DNA from: Tubulanus polymorphus
Taxonomy: Eukaryota; Animalia; Nemertea
Assembly (NCBI RefSeq): GCF_964204645.1
Contig: NC_134036.1
Location: 11,325,859 to 11,389,858, forward strand
Direction: 5' to 3'
Length of the DNA stretch: 64,000 nucleotides
Part shown: piece by piece, positions 24,965-36,526 of the stretch
Position numbering within the stretch: position 1 is the first letter of the stretch
Layout of the letters: each line of letters opens with the position of its first letter
The notes under the pieces: generated by a model
Database searches by the model: none
Told to the model about the DNA's origin: nothing
Seen by the model: only the letters and a program-made list of their open reading frames with translations
Program-made: the position numbers and the translations under genes

Positions 24965-26870
24965 TGCTGAGGTATATTTTTAGATGAAGTACAATTTTTC
25001 GGTAGCAATATTGTGCTATACGAACCATCGAAGAACATGAATCGCCTCTCTTCTTCCAATGAAAAAGATATTATCATTATAATGAAACAAATATTCCAAA
25101 CTGCATCAGGTATGTAATCTAATATTACAGTTACTCGACTAAAATTAATCTTAATCACCTTAATTGGCATGCATGATATTTTATCAACTGATGAAATGAA
25201 AATATTAATACAAGAAACAATTGAAAGCTCTCAACAAGCCAGATCAAAAATACCACAGATTGGACAAATCCTTTTTGCGGCAATGTCTATCAATATGGTC
25301 ACTTAGTCCGAAGGTATACGAAGATCTAAGGTCAAGTGGGTTTTTAAAACTTCCTTCGAAACAACTATTAAAACTGTGCAAAAGTTCCGTCCCGCAAGAA
25401 CCAGGCGTCAATTCAGATAAAATGCAATGGATGGTAGAAGAGGCAAAACGGATGAAAATACCTGGACATGGATACGAGGGTGGAATCGTTATCGATGTCA
25501 ATTGAAGAAACCATACAGACAGTTAATGATGGCTACTGTTTGAAACTTGTTGGTTTTGTTGACATGGGCGACGAATGTCAAAATCTGAAAAGAATAAAGG
25601 AGAAAACCATCGAGAGAGAAACTGCAAAGTACGTACTTCAAGTTGAATTTTTGGGGTTTTCTTGATTTCGATTTCCCATTTGCCACTATCCAACCAACCA
25701 AGCAAGTGCTACTGATTTATACGTGCTACTTTGGGATATCGTCAGTGAGCTGCGAATGTATGGCTTCAAGGTTTTGTATTGTAGTCTAGATGGGGACATC
25801 ACAAACCGACAATTCATGAAACTTCACTTTAAAGGCGATCCGGCAATAGATGACTTTCATATAAGAAATCCAATTACACAAACGGAGGATATCTTCCTTA
25901 TAATGGATACAAAGCACAATCTAAAGAAGATACGAAACAGTGTTTATTCGAGTGGAATTGAAAAACCTAGACATTTAAAATTTCAAGAGTACTATATTAC
26001 TTGGAATATGTGGGAAGAAGTTTACGAGTGGGATCGGCGGAACCCAGTACAAGTTCACTACAATTTGTCAAGTGAGCTCATCTACTTAGACTCGGCAACC
26101 AAAATGAGGAATCACTTAGTGGAAGAAAATCTTGACATGGATATGTTGCAGCTTTTTATTTCATATCGGGTAAGATAATTCAGCTTAATATAGCCAAATA
26201 GCATTCAATATTTTGCTAATGACAACATTCATAAGATAAATGAGTTTTCACTTTTCAAATTGCAGGAAAGTCTTGGACAAAGCGGAAAAAACTGAACGGA
26301 TTTATTGAGCTTTTACAACAGTTGTCATTACTAGTTAACATATTTCGCGATCAAAGAATACTACATGAACTATCGGATAATCGTAATGAGCAACTGAATC
26401 ATATATTAGCTTGGTTGGTTCAAAGACTGGGAACACAGCGTTTTTGAATTGACGGATCTATCGGACGTAAAAAAGAGTAAAATTTTGCTAACTAAAGATG
26501 TCGTCAAGATCTTTATTCTTCAACCCAAGGCTTTCTAGCATTGTGCAAAGAAAGGTAAATAAATAAGAAACTTAAATAATTGTTCTGATTCTGAAATAAT
26601 TATGATTGATATAAATCGTTAACAATTTTTCAGATTTAAGAAAACATCTGACATCAATATAAACCCGAGTCGGCTTAACAGCGATTCAGTAGAAAATCAT
26701 TTTTGTCAGCAACGAGGAATCAACCATGGAAACAAGACCAATCCAACATGTTTTGATTATCCGAAGGCCGAAAACACGATCATATTATCTGAACACATTT
26801 TTCCAAGAAGTCAAATCCAGCTGTGAATCATTACAAATCTCAGCCATTCGCATTTTATTCCTCAAAACCT
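24965..26870 (+). pseudogene. P-element/THAP9-family transposase, intron-containing, decayed
   Basis: SPKVYEDLRSSGFLKLPS, GGIVID (D1), SLDG (D2), MDTKHNLKKIRNS, KMRNHL, SRLNSDSVENHFCQQRG (E); frameshifts and stops; GT-AG introns near 25110, 26170 and 26554. Confidence 0.85.
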
Positions 26871-27181
26871 TAAAGGAAAAGAAAGGCATTGGATGATTTG
26901 ACGAATAAATTACCAGGTACGTTAGACCACAGGACAGAATCCAGTTCCTCAGTTGCGAATTTAGATTTGACTCAGAAAATCAGAAATTTAAACATCGAAA
27001 ATAATTGGAATTCATCAAAAATGAACTAAATTTAACTCATTGAAAAATGAACTCATTTTAACTTAAGAGTATTAATCAATTATTCTTTTCCTCCACATTT
27101 AGTTTGTGTGGCAAACATGTGATTCAGATTTCAAACGATAGGGGGCAGCACAAGCTTAATGAATTATATGACATCAAATCT

Positions 27182-27780
27182 ATGAAACTATGTCTTTTTC
27201 ATACAACTTTAGAACAACTATTACAAATAAATTCTTTGTCTTCATTCTCCTGCAAATACTCCCATTCATCATCATCAAAAATGTCCGCACGGAGACGATG
27301 GAGCCATCTTTTATGTACATTGCACTGAATTCACTGTTCATCATCACGATAAACTTGTTGGCAATCACGACAAGTGTTCTCATTGCTTCTCGTTCTCTTT
27401 CTACGATTTGACGAAGGAACAGCAACGCTAGTAAACGCATCAGGTGTTCTCATACTATCGGCGCGATTTATCGAATCCTTCAGTTTCTCGCGAATGTTGT
27501 CTCTAGCGAGAAATTTGCAATTATACGCACGAAAAAGTGTTTGAAGCTCATCTTTTGAAAACTTTGGCAAATTATGTGATGTACATAGCTCTTTCATCCA
27601 TTTATGCGATTCCTGTTTTCCTACGCTTGAGTCATCAATTATTGACTGATATGAAAACTTTTTTCTATTTTCTGTTGAGAAGACTTCGATCCAATTAAAA
27701 CATTCTTCCTATGTGCAATCCCTTTTTTCTTTTTCTCCTCATTCAGGGAGTCTAATCCTAACTGCTTTGTTGCCATTCGT
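27182..27780 (-). pseudogene. PHD-finger protein fragment convergent with the P-like transposase
   Basis: Reading through one stop gives CRDCQQVY..*IQCNVHKRWLHR...W...FICNSC, a degenerate PHD finger. Confidence 0.6.
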
Positions 27781-28212
27781 GAATAGAAGTAGTTAGGGTA
27801 TGTCACTATGGGGCCACAATGGAGGGAGGAGGAGGAGTGAGGAAGGACATTCTTAAGATGTTTGTCTTAAGACGTTTGTCTTAAAAAATTTTTCTTGAGA
27901 TTTTTTTCTTAAGATTTTTTCCTCAAGATATTTTTCTTAAGATTTTTTTTTCTTAAGATTTTTTTTTCTTTAGGGGGCAGTAAAATTCAAATCATTGGCT
28001 ATGTAAATTCCAAATCAATTTAGTGGTCTGATTAATTCCCTAGATGGCGTCATTATTACGCGATCCTATGCGTATGTGGAGGGGAGAGGGAAGTGAAGTT
28101 GAATCCTAGATGGCGCTTTCTTTTCCAGAAATCCTGAGTACGAGTGAAACGAAGAAACCACAAAAAAACAGTATAAAACAATAAGAAAAAAACGTTTATT
28201 GACCGTTATAAT

Positions 28213-28761
28213 TCACAATTTAAACACGATTTCACTCCAAATTCCTTCGCGCACGAAATATGAATATAAGTACCGCAGCAGTCTGTCTTTTGTCATTTCC
28301 AAACATACCGAACACGTATTCATTTTACAATTGGTTGTACAAGTAAAACAAAAGTTTTCTTCGTATCCGTCATACGTTCCGACGTCTCTTAAACATGACC
28401 AACATATAGTTTTATCACAACAATGAAGCAAATCTTCTCGCGCGTGACAGCGATAACAGTCTTTTTTCGCTAAACGTTTGATAATCCTAAAATGCACCAC
28501 ACAATCCTCGATAGGGCATTCGAAATTATGTTGAACGCTTAACCACCGCGCATTCACTAACCAGCAATCTTGACAAATCGGTGTCTTGCAACACGTCGTT
28601 ACTTGAAAACTACCGTATGTAATTGACGTATTACAATATTTGCATATTGTTGATCCGGTAGACCAGTCGATATCTTCAAAGTCGATATGTTCCGTGGTAA
28701 CTGATCCTTTGCGGAAAATATTTTCAACGGTGAAAAATTTGGCAGACATTTTGTACATCAC
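28213..28761 (-). CDS. Cys-rich multi-zinc-finger (RING-like) protein A
   Basis: Open 182-codon frame with repeated CxxC..CC..CxxC clusters; paralogous to 32544-33188 (CCK..IC..CW...NFxCPIED). Confidence 0.6.
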   Translation of the reverse strand: MMYKMSAKFFTVENIFRKGSVTTEHIDFEDIDWSTGSTICKYCNTSITYGSFQVTTCCKTPICQDCWLVNARWLSVQHNFECPIEDCVVHFRIIKRLAKKDCYRCHAREDLLHCCDKTICWSCLRDVGTYDGYEENFCFTCTTNCKMNTCSVCLEMTKDRLLRYLYSYFVREGIWSEIVFKL

Positions 28762-29379
28762 GTTTCGCTTATGCGTGTGTAAGCGAGCGAGTGTGAGCGA
28801 GTGAATGAGCGACTGGTTAAATCGGGTGCGTGCGTGCGTGCGTGTGTGTGTGAGGGCGGAGGGAAAGTGGGAGATAATCCCAAGATGGCGTCTTTTAACG
28901 GCTATCGTGAAATTATGAACGAGTTTGGGCGAAAAATATTTCGCAATAACAAGTGAAACCGTAAATCGTGTTCGGGCAAGTCATTTTCTGACAATAAAAA
29001 CGCGATGTAAATCCATAAATTAATCATTCTGCTCAAAGACTTTGAACAATCAACATCGACCTGTATCAACATACATGATGGATTCGACTAGTGGACAAAC
29101 TACCTTAGAAATATGTAGTACACCAAAGTCATCTACTCAATCTACAAAAAGAAAACGCCCTTCGCACAAACTCGACTTTAGTTTCTACTTAAAAAGAAAA
29201 AACTATCTTGTAGCTTAACGTTTCAACTCAATTCTATGAGCCGTTTTCAAAAAATTCACTATTGATATTGGACAGCCACTTGTCTATGGAAACCAAGTTT
29301 CTACTTCTTTTCCGTATTTGAGATAGTAGTTTTTTTATAAAGACACATACCGGTATAGAATATTTTATTGTTTTATAAG

Positions 29380-29993
29380 TTCAATCGTTAATGACAACGC
29401 AGTCGCGGGCCCGTCGAAAGTTCAACGGAATACCTGGAACAATGACCCCGAGCCTCATTATCTAGGATCGCTTGTATATGCCAGTGCTAAAACGTGGAAG
29501 GGGGCAAAACGTATAGATTTACGATCTTTCGAATGCTGTGAACGAAGAAAACAACTGTACCCCACTAAAAACGGTATTGCTTTGGATCTCCAAGAGTGGG
29601 TACATATAGATTATTGTAAAGCCGATATCGAACACGAAATTGCGATCGTTAAAGAAGACATCGATTACGTGGGTGTGATGACCGTTGGTCGTTCGAACTT
29701 TATCAAAATATATAGATCTAGTCACGATCACCGTATTTACGTAGATATCCAAAAAATACGATGAGCTTTTCGACGTTAATCCGACTAGATGAGGCGTTAA
29801 ACTAACATTGGATCAATGGAAAAAATTGAAAGACATTAATTTTACAGAAGATATATCCGAACTGGCTAATATTAGACCGTGCTGGTATGATTCGAGTCAC
29901 TCGAATCAGCAATACAGGTGTCCGTACTGCGCAAAAGACACAAGCGGGGTTAGAAAAGCACTCGAATACGGGATAATGATAACCCAAGTATAA
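29380..29993 (+). pseudogene. Tandem PC4-like ssDNA-binding protein with C-terminal Cys/His motif
   Basis: VYASAKTWKGAKRIDLR..YPTKNGIALDLQEW; second repeat VDIQK..PTR*GVKLTLDQWKKL; then PC..H.NQ..CPYC. Confidence 0.7.
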
Positions 29994-30097
29994 TTTCACA
30001 GATAATAATTAGATAATATTTATATAAGAGCTTATTAAAATGTTTAATACATAATAAACTTGCAATGGATATAATATTTTATATCTACTGTCTCATT

Positions 30098-30439
30098 TTA
30101 TTCGGATTTACTCTATAATAATCTAGCATTTTGGTCGTTTCACAGACCCTGGATAGAATCATCAAAGAATGTAATTAAGTAATTAAGTAATTGAGCAACA
30201 AAAACCATTGACCCATCGTTACCATCTGCCATCTAAAATATCTGGTCAGTACCCCCCCCCCCCCCATATGTAACGGAATGGGGGCAGTATGAAAATTACG
30301 GAATTTAGTAATTTAGAAACCAAACCGAAAAGATAATTAAGTAGTTATGATTGGTCCATTGAAAACATCTGCAGCGTAAAGTTGCTTTTTTGCGTATAAA
30401 ATATTCAGCAGAAGATATCGAAAATCCATAACCAAAATG
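30098..30439 (+). promoter_or_regulatory. About 340-bp repeated upstream cassette with TATA box, copy 1
   Basis: Closely similar to 30953-31286; both end gcgtataaaata...ccataaccaaaa(a)ATG at the start of a RING ORF. Confidence 0.65.
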
Positions 30440-30713
30440 TCAAGCAAGTTTTTTTTATTGCAACTACGCTGCTACGCGGGGATGCTGTGTGTGCCTCAAA
30501 AGACGGCGAGCGTTGGTGGCCTGTGAAAACCATTTCTTGGCTAACTATATTTGTATGGGATGTTTTATTCAAATGGTAGAACTACGTCCAGACTACCAAC
30601 GGTATATTACATGCCCAATGTGTCACCGGGTATGGTATTTCGAGTTGATGAAAGCGCGCCATTCGACGTTGAGTGGTATGCGTGAAAGGCCACGTGAGGA
30701 AGACGCCGACTAA
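30437..30713 (+). pseudogene. RING-finger protein 1 (frameshift in a poly-T run after the ATG)
   Basis: CCVC...CENH...CMGC...CPMC. Confidence 0.65.
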
Positions 30714-30952
30714 GAAGAGTTATGAAAACGATACACTGCAAATAAAACGCACGGTTCTTTTAAGAACCACCCTAAAATTCTCAGAAAGAGACAGTTTTGC
30801 TAAGCTCCTCGCTTTATGCCTCAGTTTTTTCTTTTTTCTCAGAAGATTAAAATGTGTAAAAAAATACATCAACCATTGTGAGGACCCGCTCTAACCAAAA
30901 GAGGGTTAACTAAAGTAGTGAAATTCTATCTTTTACGAATTTTATACGTTAT

Positions 30953-31286
30953 TATTCGGGTTTACTCTACAATAATCAAGCATTCTGTCGTTGACCAGCC
31001 CCTTCATACATTATATTATCAAAGAACGTAATTAAGTTATTGAGAAACAAAAACCATTGACCCGTCGTTAGCATCTGCCGTCTAAAATATCTGGTCAGTA
31101 CCCCCATATGTATCGGAATGGGGGGGGGGGGGCAGTATGAAAATTACGCAATTAAGTAATTTAGAAACCAAACCGAAAAGATAATTAAGTAGTTATGATT
31201 CGTCCATTGCAAAACACCTGCCACGTAAAGTAGCTATTGCGTATAAAATACTCGTCAGATGATCTCGAAATCCATAACCAAAAATG
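30953..31286 (+). promoter_or_regulatory. Repeated upstream cassette with TATA box, copy 2
   Basis: Direct repeat of 30098-30439. Confidence 0.65.
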
Positions 31287-31598
31287 ACTAACAACAGTGG
31301 AAGATGGATGGTCATCCCGGACGATATCGAAGCAGTATTGGAGTGCGACATTTGTCTATTTTCCGGACAGCGGGCCTGACTGCTGGGCGAGCAATGCCAA
31401 TATCGGCATCCACTATGCAATAATTGCACAGCAAGGCTAATCTGCACCGGCTTGGACTCGGGCCGCGAGAATGCGGAAAATGTGATACATTGCCCGTTCT
31501 GTCGAAACGTGATTTATTGGATCCGTGTTATGAATCGGCATAGACGAATGGTACGTAACCTGATAGAGAGGGCCAATCGGCGACGACAACAACAATAG
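31284..31598 (+). pseudogene. RING-finger protein 2 (one in-frame TGA at 31377)
   Basis: Manual translation: LECDIC...RA*LLGEQCQYRHPLCNNC...HCPFCR. Absent from the ORF track because of the stop. Confidence 0.7.
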
Positions 31599-31767
31599 CT
31601 GCAGCGCCGATGATAATTAATGACGACGAGGAAAATGATGACCGCGACGACGACGACACAGGCAACCCCCACTCCAAACAGTTCTTTTTAGAACTACTTC
31701 AATTTCCAAGAAAGAGCCAGTGTTAAAACGCCTCGCCTCGCTTTTTGCTTCAGTTTTTCTCCAAGTT

Positions 31768-32156
31768 TTAACAAAACTTTTTTCCTCGGTGTGTACATAG
31801 GTGTAATAGTACAAATATAGCGTAATAACCGCATACATCGGATAATACATTTTGATACATCTTATTATTATATTTCCAGTCTATACAATTTTCATCCAAG
31901 TATTTTTCTAATATTATAACATAAGTTCGGGGTAATTGCCCGAAGGAATAAAAAAAATAATCAATTCCGTATTCGTTTATATATATATAGCTAACCAGTG
32001 TTCGCCAGGCTCGTCGTGATTATCAGTGTTTACTACAAAACCAGCAGTATAGCTCGTTATATTCGGTAGTCTGTCACATGGGTAAACACCAAAGAAAAAC
32101 GCTTTCAGACATTCGTCTTTTTTCATAAATTCTAAAATTTGGTTTGTGTACAACAT
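31768..32156 (-). pseudogene. Adenain/Ulp1-fold cysteine protease, copy 1
   Basis: GVYPCDRLP, VVNTD..EPGEHW (His), FFYSFG (catalytic Asp changed to Tyr), YQNVLSDVCGYY (Gln, Cys); frameshift in a (TA)n run near 31980. Confidence 0.85.
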
Positions 32157-32307
32157 GGTCTCTATATGACGTTCTTTAGTTACTTGTAGTAATTCGTCGA
32201 AAACGGCGTAAACAATCGAATTCACGTTATGCGGTAAAGCTTCATCAAATCGCAGTAGTGATGGTGAGGTACTATAGGCCCGTGGTTAAATTGTGGTTGT
32301 GGTTAAT

Positions 32308-32412
32308 CCAAGATGGCGGCGGTCATGTGAACCAAGATGGCGTCCATCCAAGATGGCGGCGGTCATGTGACCCAAGATGGCGTCCGTCCAAGATGGCGGC
32401 GGTCACGTGACC
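32308..32412. repeat. 40-bp tandem repeat with five CAAGATGGCG (YY1-like) motifs
   Basis: ccaagatggcggcggtcatgtga / ccaagatggcgtcc units, located upstream of protease copy 1. Confidence 0.8.
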
Positions 32413-32543
32413 CCTATGATTCAAAAATTGCGGTGGATGCTCCCGACAGCTGTTACCCGATTACTCATGCGATAATCCGCGTTCGAATAGATTAAACAAT
32501 ACCAATTAACGACAGTTATATATTTCAAACAATGTTATTTATT

Positions 32544-33188
32544 TCAAACCAAGATATATATGTAATATAGGAATAGCGTTCTATTTTTACATTTCATGCA
32601 TTTGTTACGATTATTGCTGAACGCCTTGATACAGACATCGTGAATAACGCATCCACAATATCTCTCAGTTTTGCAATGTTCCATACATATCACGCACAAT
32701 TTAACGCTGCAAACACGCGATAAACACTTAAAACACATCTGTAAATCAGATGATGTTTCGAGGTCACCTTTGCATTTTCTACAAAATGTTCCGGCAATAC
32801 AGGACTGATGAACGTCAGGTGACTTCCAATCTTTACAGCGCCGACACATTGTTGTTCGGATCCTACGCGTCAAGTTATGAATAGCTGAACTATCTTCAAT
32901 CGGGCAGTTGAAATTCTTTGAGTTAGGTTCACACCTTTTAACCGTTATCTTCCAACATACCGAACAAATACCTTTCTTACAACATTTCGTCAGTTTTATG
33001 TCCGAAATATGTAAGACAAGTCTACAATAACCATGACAAACTCCATATCCTGGTTCACAGTCGAAACTAATCATCATTATTTCGCTTAATTCTATTTCGC
33101 TGCAATCAAAAAATGATTTTTCTAAGGTGATCAAGGAATCCAACTTCTTTGCAAATATTAAAATGATGTTATGAAACAAATCAAGCAC
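32544..33188 (-). CDS. Cys-rich multi-zinc-finger protein A' with C-terminal RING
   Basis: Open 214-codon frame; C-terminal CVIC..CGCVIHDVC..CMKC; paralog of 28213-28761. Start codon uncertain. Confidence 0.65.
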   Translation of the reverse strand: MLDLFHNIILIFAKKLDSLITLEKSFFDCSEIELSEIMMISFDCEPGYGVCHGYCRLVLHISDIKLTKCCKKGICSVCWKITVKRCEPNSKNFNCPIEDSSAIHNLTRRIRTTMCRRCKDWKSPDVHQSCIAGTFCRKCKGDLETSSDLQMCFKCLSRVCSVKLCVICMEHCKTERYCGCVIHDVCIKAFSNNRNKCMKCKNRTLFLYYIYILV

Positions 33189-33240
33189 ATTTACGTCAGG
33201 ATATTTGATCGTTGTTAGTTACGAGTTAGTAAAGTTTATG

Positions 33241-33520
33241 ATGACATATGGTAACCAAAGAGTTGACCACACGCAGCACGACCAGTGTACATTTTGTGGG
33301 TCTTTTCTCGACCTTACGTGCCGTGTGTGTTTGGAGGTGTGCATGGACACACCGACATCATGCTGCGGAAAGCAGATCTACGTTAAGTGTATAGAACGCT
33401 TATAGAACGCACGAGATTACGAATGTCCGTATTGCCGAAGAGATGACCGCGATCCACTGCCGTCGGAACAATGTCGTTCAATCCCGACGTATATGATTCC
33501 GAACGCGTATATATTTTAAT
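33241..33520 (+). pseudogene. RING-finger protein 3 (one stop)
   Basis: CRVC...CCGKQIYVKC...*..ECPYCR. Confidence 0.55.
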
Positions 33521-33828
33521 ATCTGATGTGTACGAAGAAAAACCGTCTTTTTCAAGACCAACCTAAAATTCCAAGAAAGAGTCAGACCGTTGCCTAGCCT
33601 CGCTTTGCTTTTTCTTCAAAAAACTTCTTTTTTACTTCTTTTTTTCAAAATAATTCCATTCCACAAGTCATTGATAAATATTACGCGTCAGAACTAGTAT
33701 ATCGTCGATATTTCGAGAGAAAAATACGCACAAGTACAACCAAGACGCGTCATTTAAATCATCTTCAACTAAGTCTACAATCAAGTCCTAGGTAAGTGTA
33801 AAAAACAAAAACTTTATGTTTTATTCCA

Positions 33829-34262
33829 TTACATCAGTTTGAAATAATTTACATTATCGTCTGTAACAATCTCGTCATTTCCCTTGGTATTTTTCGAAAA
33901 ATACTTTTCAATTTCATTCAAATCCATTCCGTGACGTAATAATAGTTGTACAAACATCGCGTAATAACCACAAGTATCAGACATAACATTTTGATATTGG
34001 ATAGATTTACAATTTTCGTGCATATAATTCGTTAAGATTTCATTATAAAAATTCGGCGTTTTGCCAAAATCCAATTTTAGATCCGTCTATAAATTTGCCA
34101 ATGAGTACCCGGTTCGTACGAATTATCGTTATTTACAATGAAACGATAGGGTTTCAAACCATTTACCGCACGCATCATATCGCATGGAAAAACGCCTTTA
34201 AATCGAGGTTTTATACATTCGTCATTTTTCATTAATTCTAAAATCTGATTAGTGTATAACAT
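33829..34262 (-). pseudogene. Adenain/Ulp1-fold cysteine protease, copy 2
   Basis: MLYTNQILE..GVFPCD..IVNND..EPGTHW, frameshift, then YQNVMSDTCGYY. Confidence 0.85.
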
Positions 34263-36234
34263 GATAAAAATGAACTTTAAAAAATCGAACGCCTTTAAAA
34301 ATCAATGGTAATGTCTCTATTTTCAGCGACTTGCAAAACTTCGCCAAACACGGCGAGTAAAACTAAATTTACATCGGTCGGTAAATCTTTATCCTATCGT
34401 AACTGAATTTTTTATGATGCACGTTGAATAAGCGATAAATGGTTATCGCCCAATACAGGAGATATATTGAAAATACACATGAACATACAGACGCTATCGT
34501 ACAGTAGAAAATTAACTAATCAATGTTTGTTCAAATTTGGAGGGTACTGGCTTTTAGATTTTAAGGGAATGAAAATCGATTGTGGAAAAAACCCTGCACC
34601 GTAAGGGTATTTGCAGAAGCTGGAACTTAGATGACCGCTCCCGAAGCGAAACCTGGCAATTTTTATTTCAGTGCAGACGTCTATCAAAATAAATATCACG
34701 GCTTATTTTTAGCGGCTAAGATCGATGTTTTTGTTTTAGCATGCAGGACGTATATGGCAGCAAGTGACGGTCGAGATCGACATGGTGGTTCGCATCGAAA
34801 AAAGCAGATTAAATTATTCGCTCCTGTTTCACTGGTTCTTTATCATGCATGAACATTCACAACATCACCGGACTCCCTGTTCTCTCATTGTGATTGCTGC
34901 TAGTAATCGTTCTTTTTTCCCAAGTGATCACCCGATATCACAGAGCACTGATTTCTGATTTCCTGCTCGTCTGTTTGAGGTATGGATCAAGTTGCACATT
35001 TACTTGCTTGATATCCGGATGTATGATTTAAAAAAAATATCGGAAATGAACTATTCTAAACTCTATATTCAAACTGAATATGGAGCTACGGAGCTAGGGA
35101 TATGATGAAATTACTTTTTATTGTGTTAACTCTTTATTCGAGCTTATGAATGATTAACATTGTGATACAACATCGAAATTATCAGATGATGGTTCGTGAG
35201 GACAACATCTTCCCATCAATCGTAAGCAACATCCACTGGGGGGTCCACCAATCAGCCAGTAGGAACCGAATTTACCGTTACAGTAACATGGCAATCCTCT
35301 CCTTTCAATTTCAACTTCTATGACTTAGAAATTGGGAATTTGTTAATAACAAAACCAAACTACAAATCTCGAACCAAATAAACCAAATAAATTACCTTCG
35401 ACAGCGATGGCTCCAATGGCCATAAACAAGGCCAAGACGATGAGCAGGGTTTTGTACATTCTGAAGAAAGTAAATGATTAATTTGATGGTTAAATATCGA
35501 ATCACTGATAAGTTGTCCGTAACGATAAGCATTAGTCACGGATAGTTTTCCGTGAATACCCACGACCCAGCGATCATAGTTAGTGTAGTTACGTTCAGGG
35601 AAAGGCAACATGTGAAATGAGGTTATAAACAATTCAGTTTATTTCCAATCCACCTTTCCAATGCATTTCTTTGAGAGAATCGAATGATTGAGATTTCATA
35701 TTTTATTTTCGATCACTCATCATCGTACGATAACTATAATTTCCATTTCAAGCACGAACGGAGCCGATGGCGCGTGTGCGATCATTTGAAGGCTTTACGG
35801 CTTTTTCTTTGATAAAATCCTCCGAAAGTTTATGAGTTGAAATGTATGAATGACATACGTGGCAAAAAATCAATACGGTGTTTCAAAATGTTTCATATGT
35901 TCAAAGAGGTCCCCCGGTATGCTGGTTAACACGTTGAAACACTAGATACACGATTAGAAAATGTGATAACGGTGTCAGAAATCGGTGTTCGAAAAACGCC
36001 TTATAAAAATACCGATTTGGAAAACGCATAACGCCTAATTCATAGGAACATCCAAGAAATTTACCTAAATCCCTGCGTGAACTATGTACGCAACGTTTCA
36101 TAGTTCACGTAGGAGTGTGTGGAGCCCCGCTTGATACATCTTCGCTTGTACTATAGTTTCGACCTTCGTTTGGTTACACAACAAAAACACAGGCTTATCT
36201 ATGTTGTTATTTCATATGAACATTATTATGACAA

Positions 36235-36420
36235 ATATAGCTGCAAAGCAGCGATAACGGGTTTCTGCCTTGCTGGGTAAGGAGCGCCACCTAAGGGTCA
36301 GCTGATAACATGGCTATGTTGATCCACATGGGATACTACGGGAAAAGTACTAATGTACCAAGGTTAGGGGAAATGACACCGAGAATAACGAGATACGGTA
36401 CTTTTACCATGCCCAAGTGG
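36235..36420 (+). repeat. Dispersed repeat starting aatatagctgcaaagcagcgataacgggtttctg (also at 7582 and 39764)
   Basis: Three copies share the head sequence; 36235-36420 aligns with 39764-40025. Confidence 0.8.
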
Positions 36421-36526
36421 CCGGTAATTTGCCGGTTAGCATACTACTGAATTACAATCGAAATAAATTGCCCATGGGCAAAGCGTGGTTTACCTTGAAA
36501 GCTAGATGTCGTTTGGAGTAAGGGCA

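Larger units (their letters stand above)
27800..34330. mobile_element. Polinton/Maverick-derived accessory region (RING, PC4-like and adenain protease genes)
   Basis: Compact, mostly intronless virus-like genes including two adenain-type proteases and a double-PC4 protein; termini not identified, so boundaries are approximate. Confidence 0.65.

Noticed and set aside
35170-35810. Faint LINE reverse-transcriptase-like words
   Set aside because: Too degenerate to support a call without a profile search.
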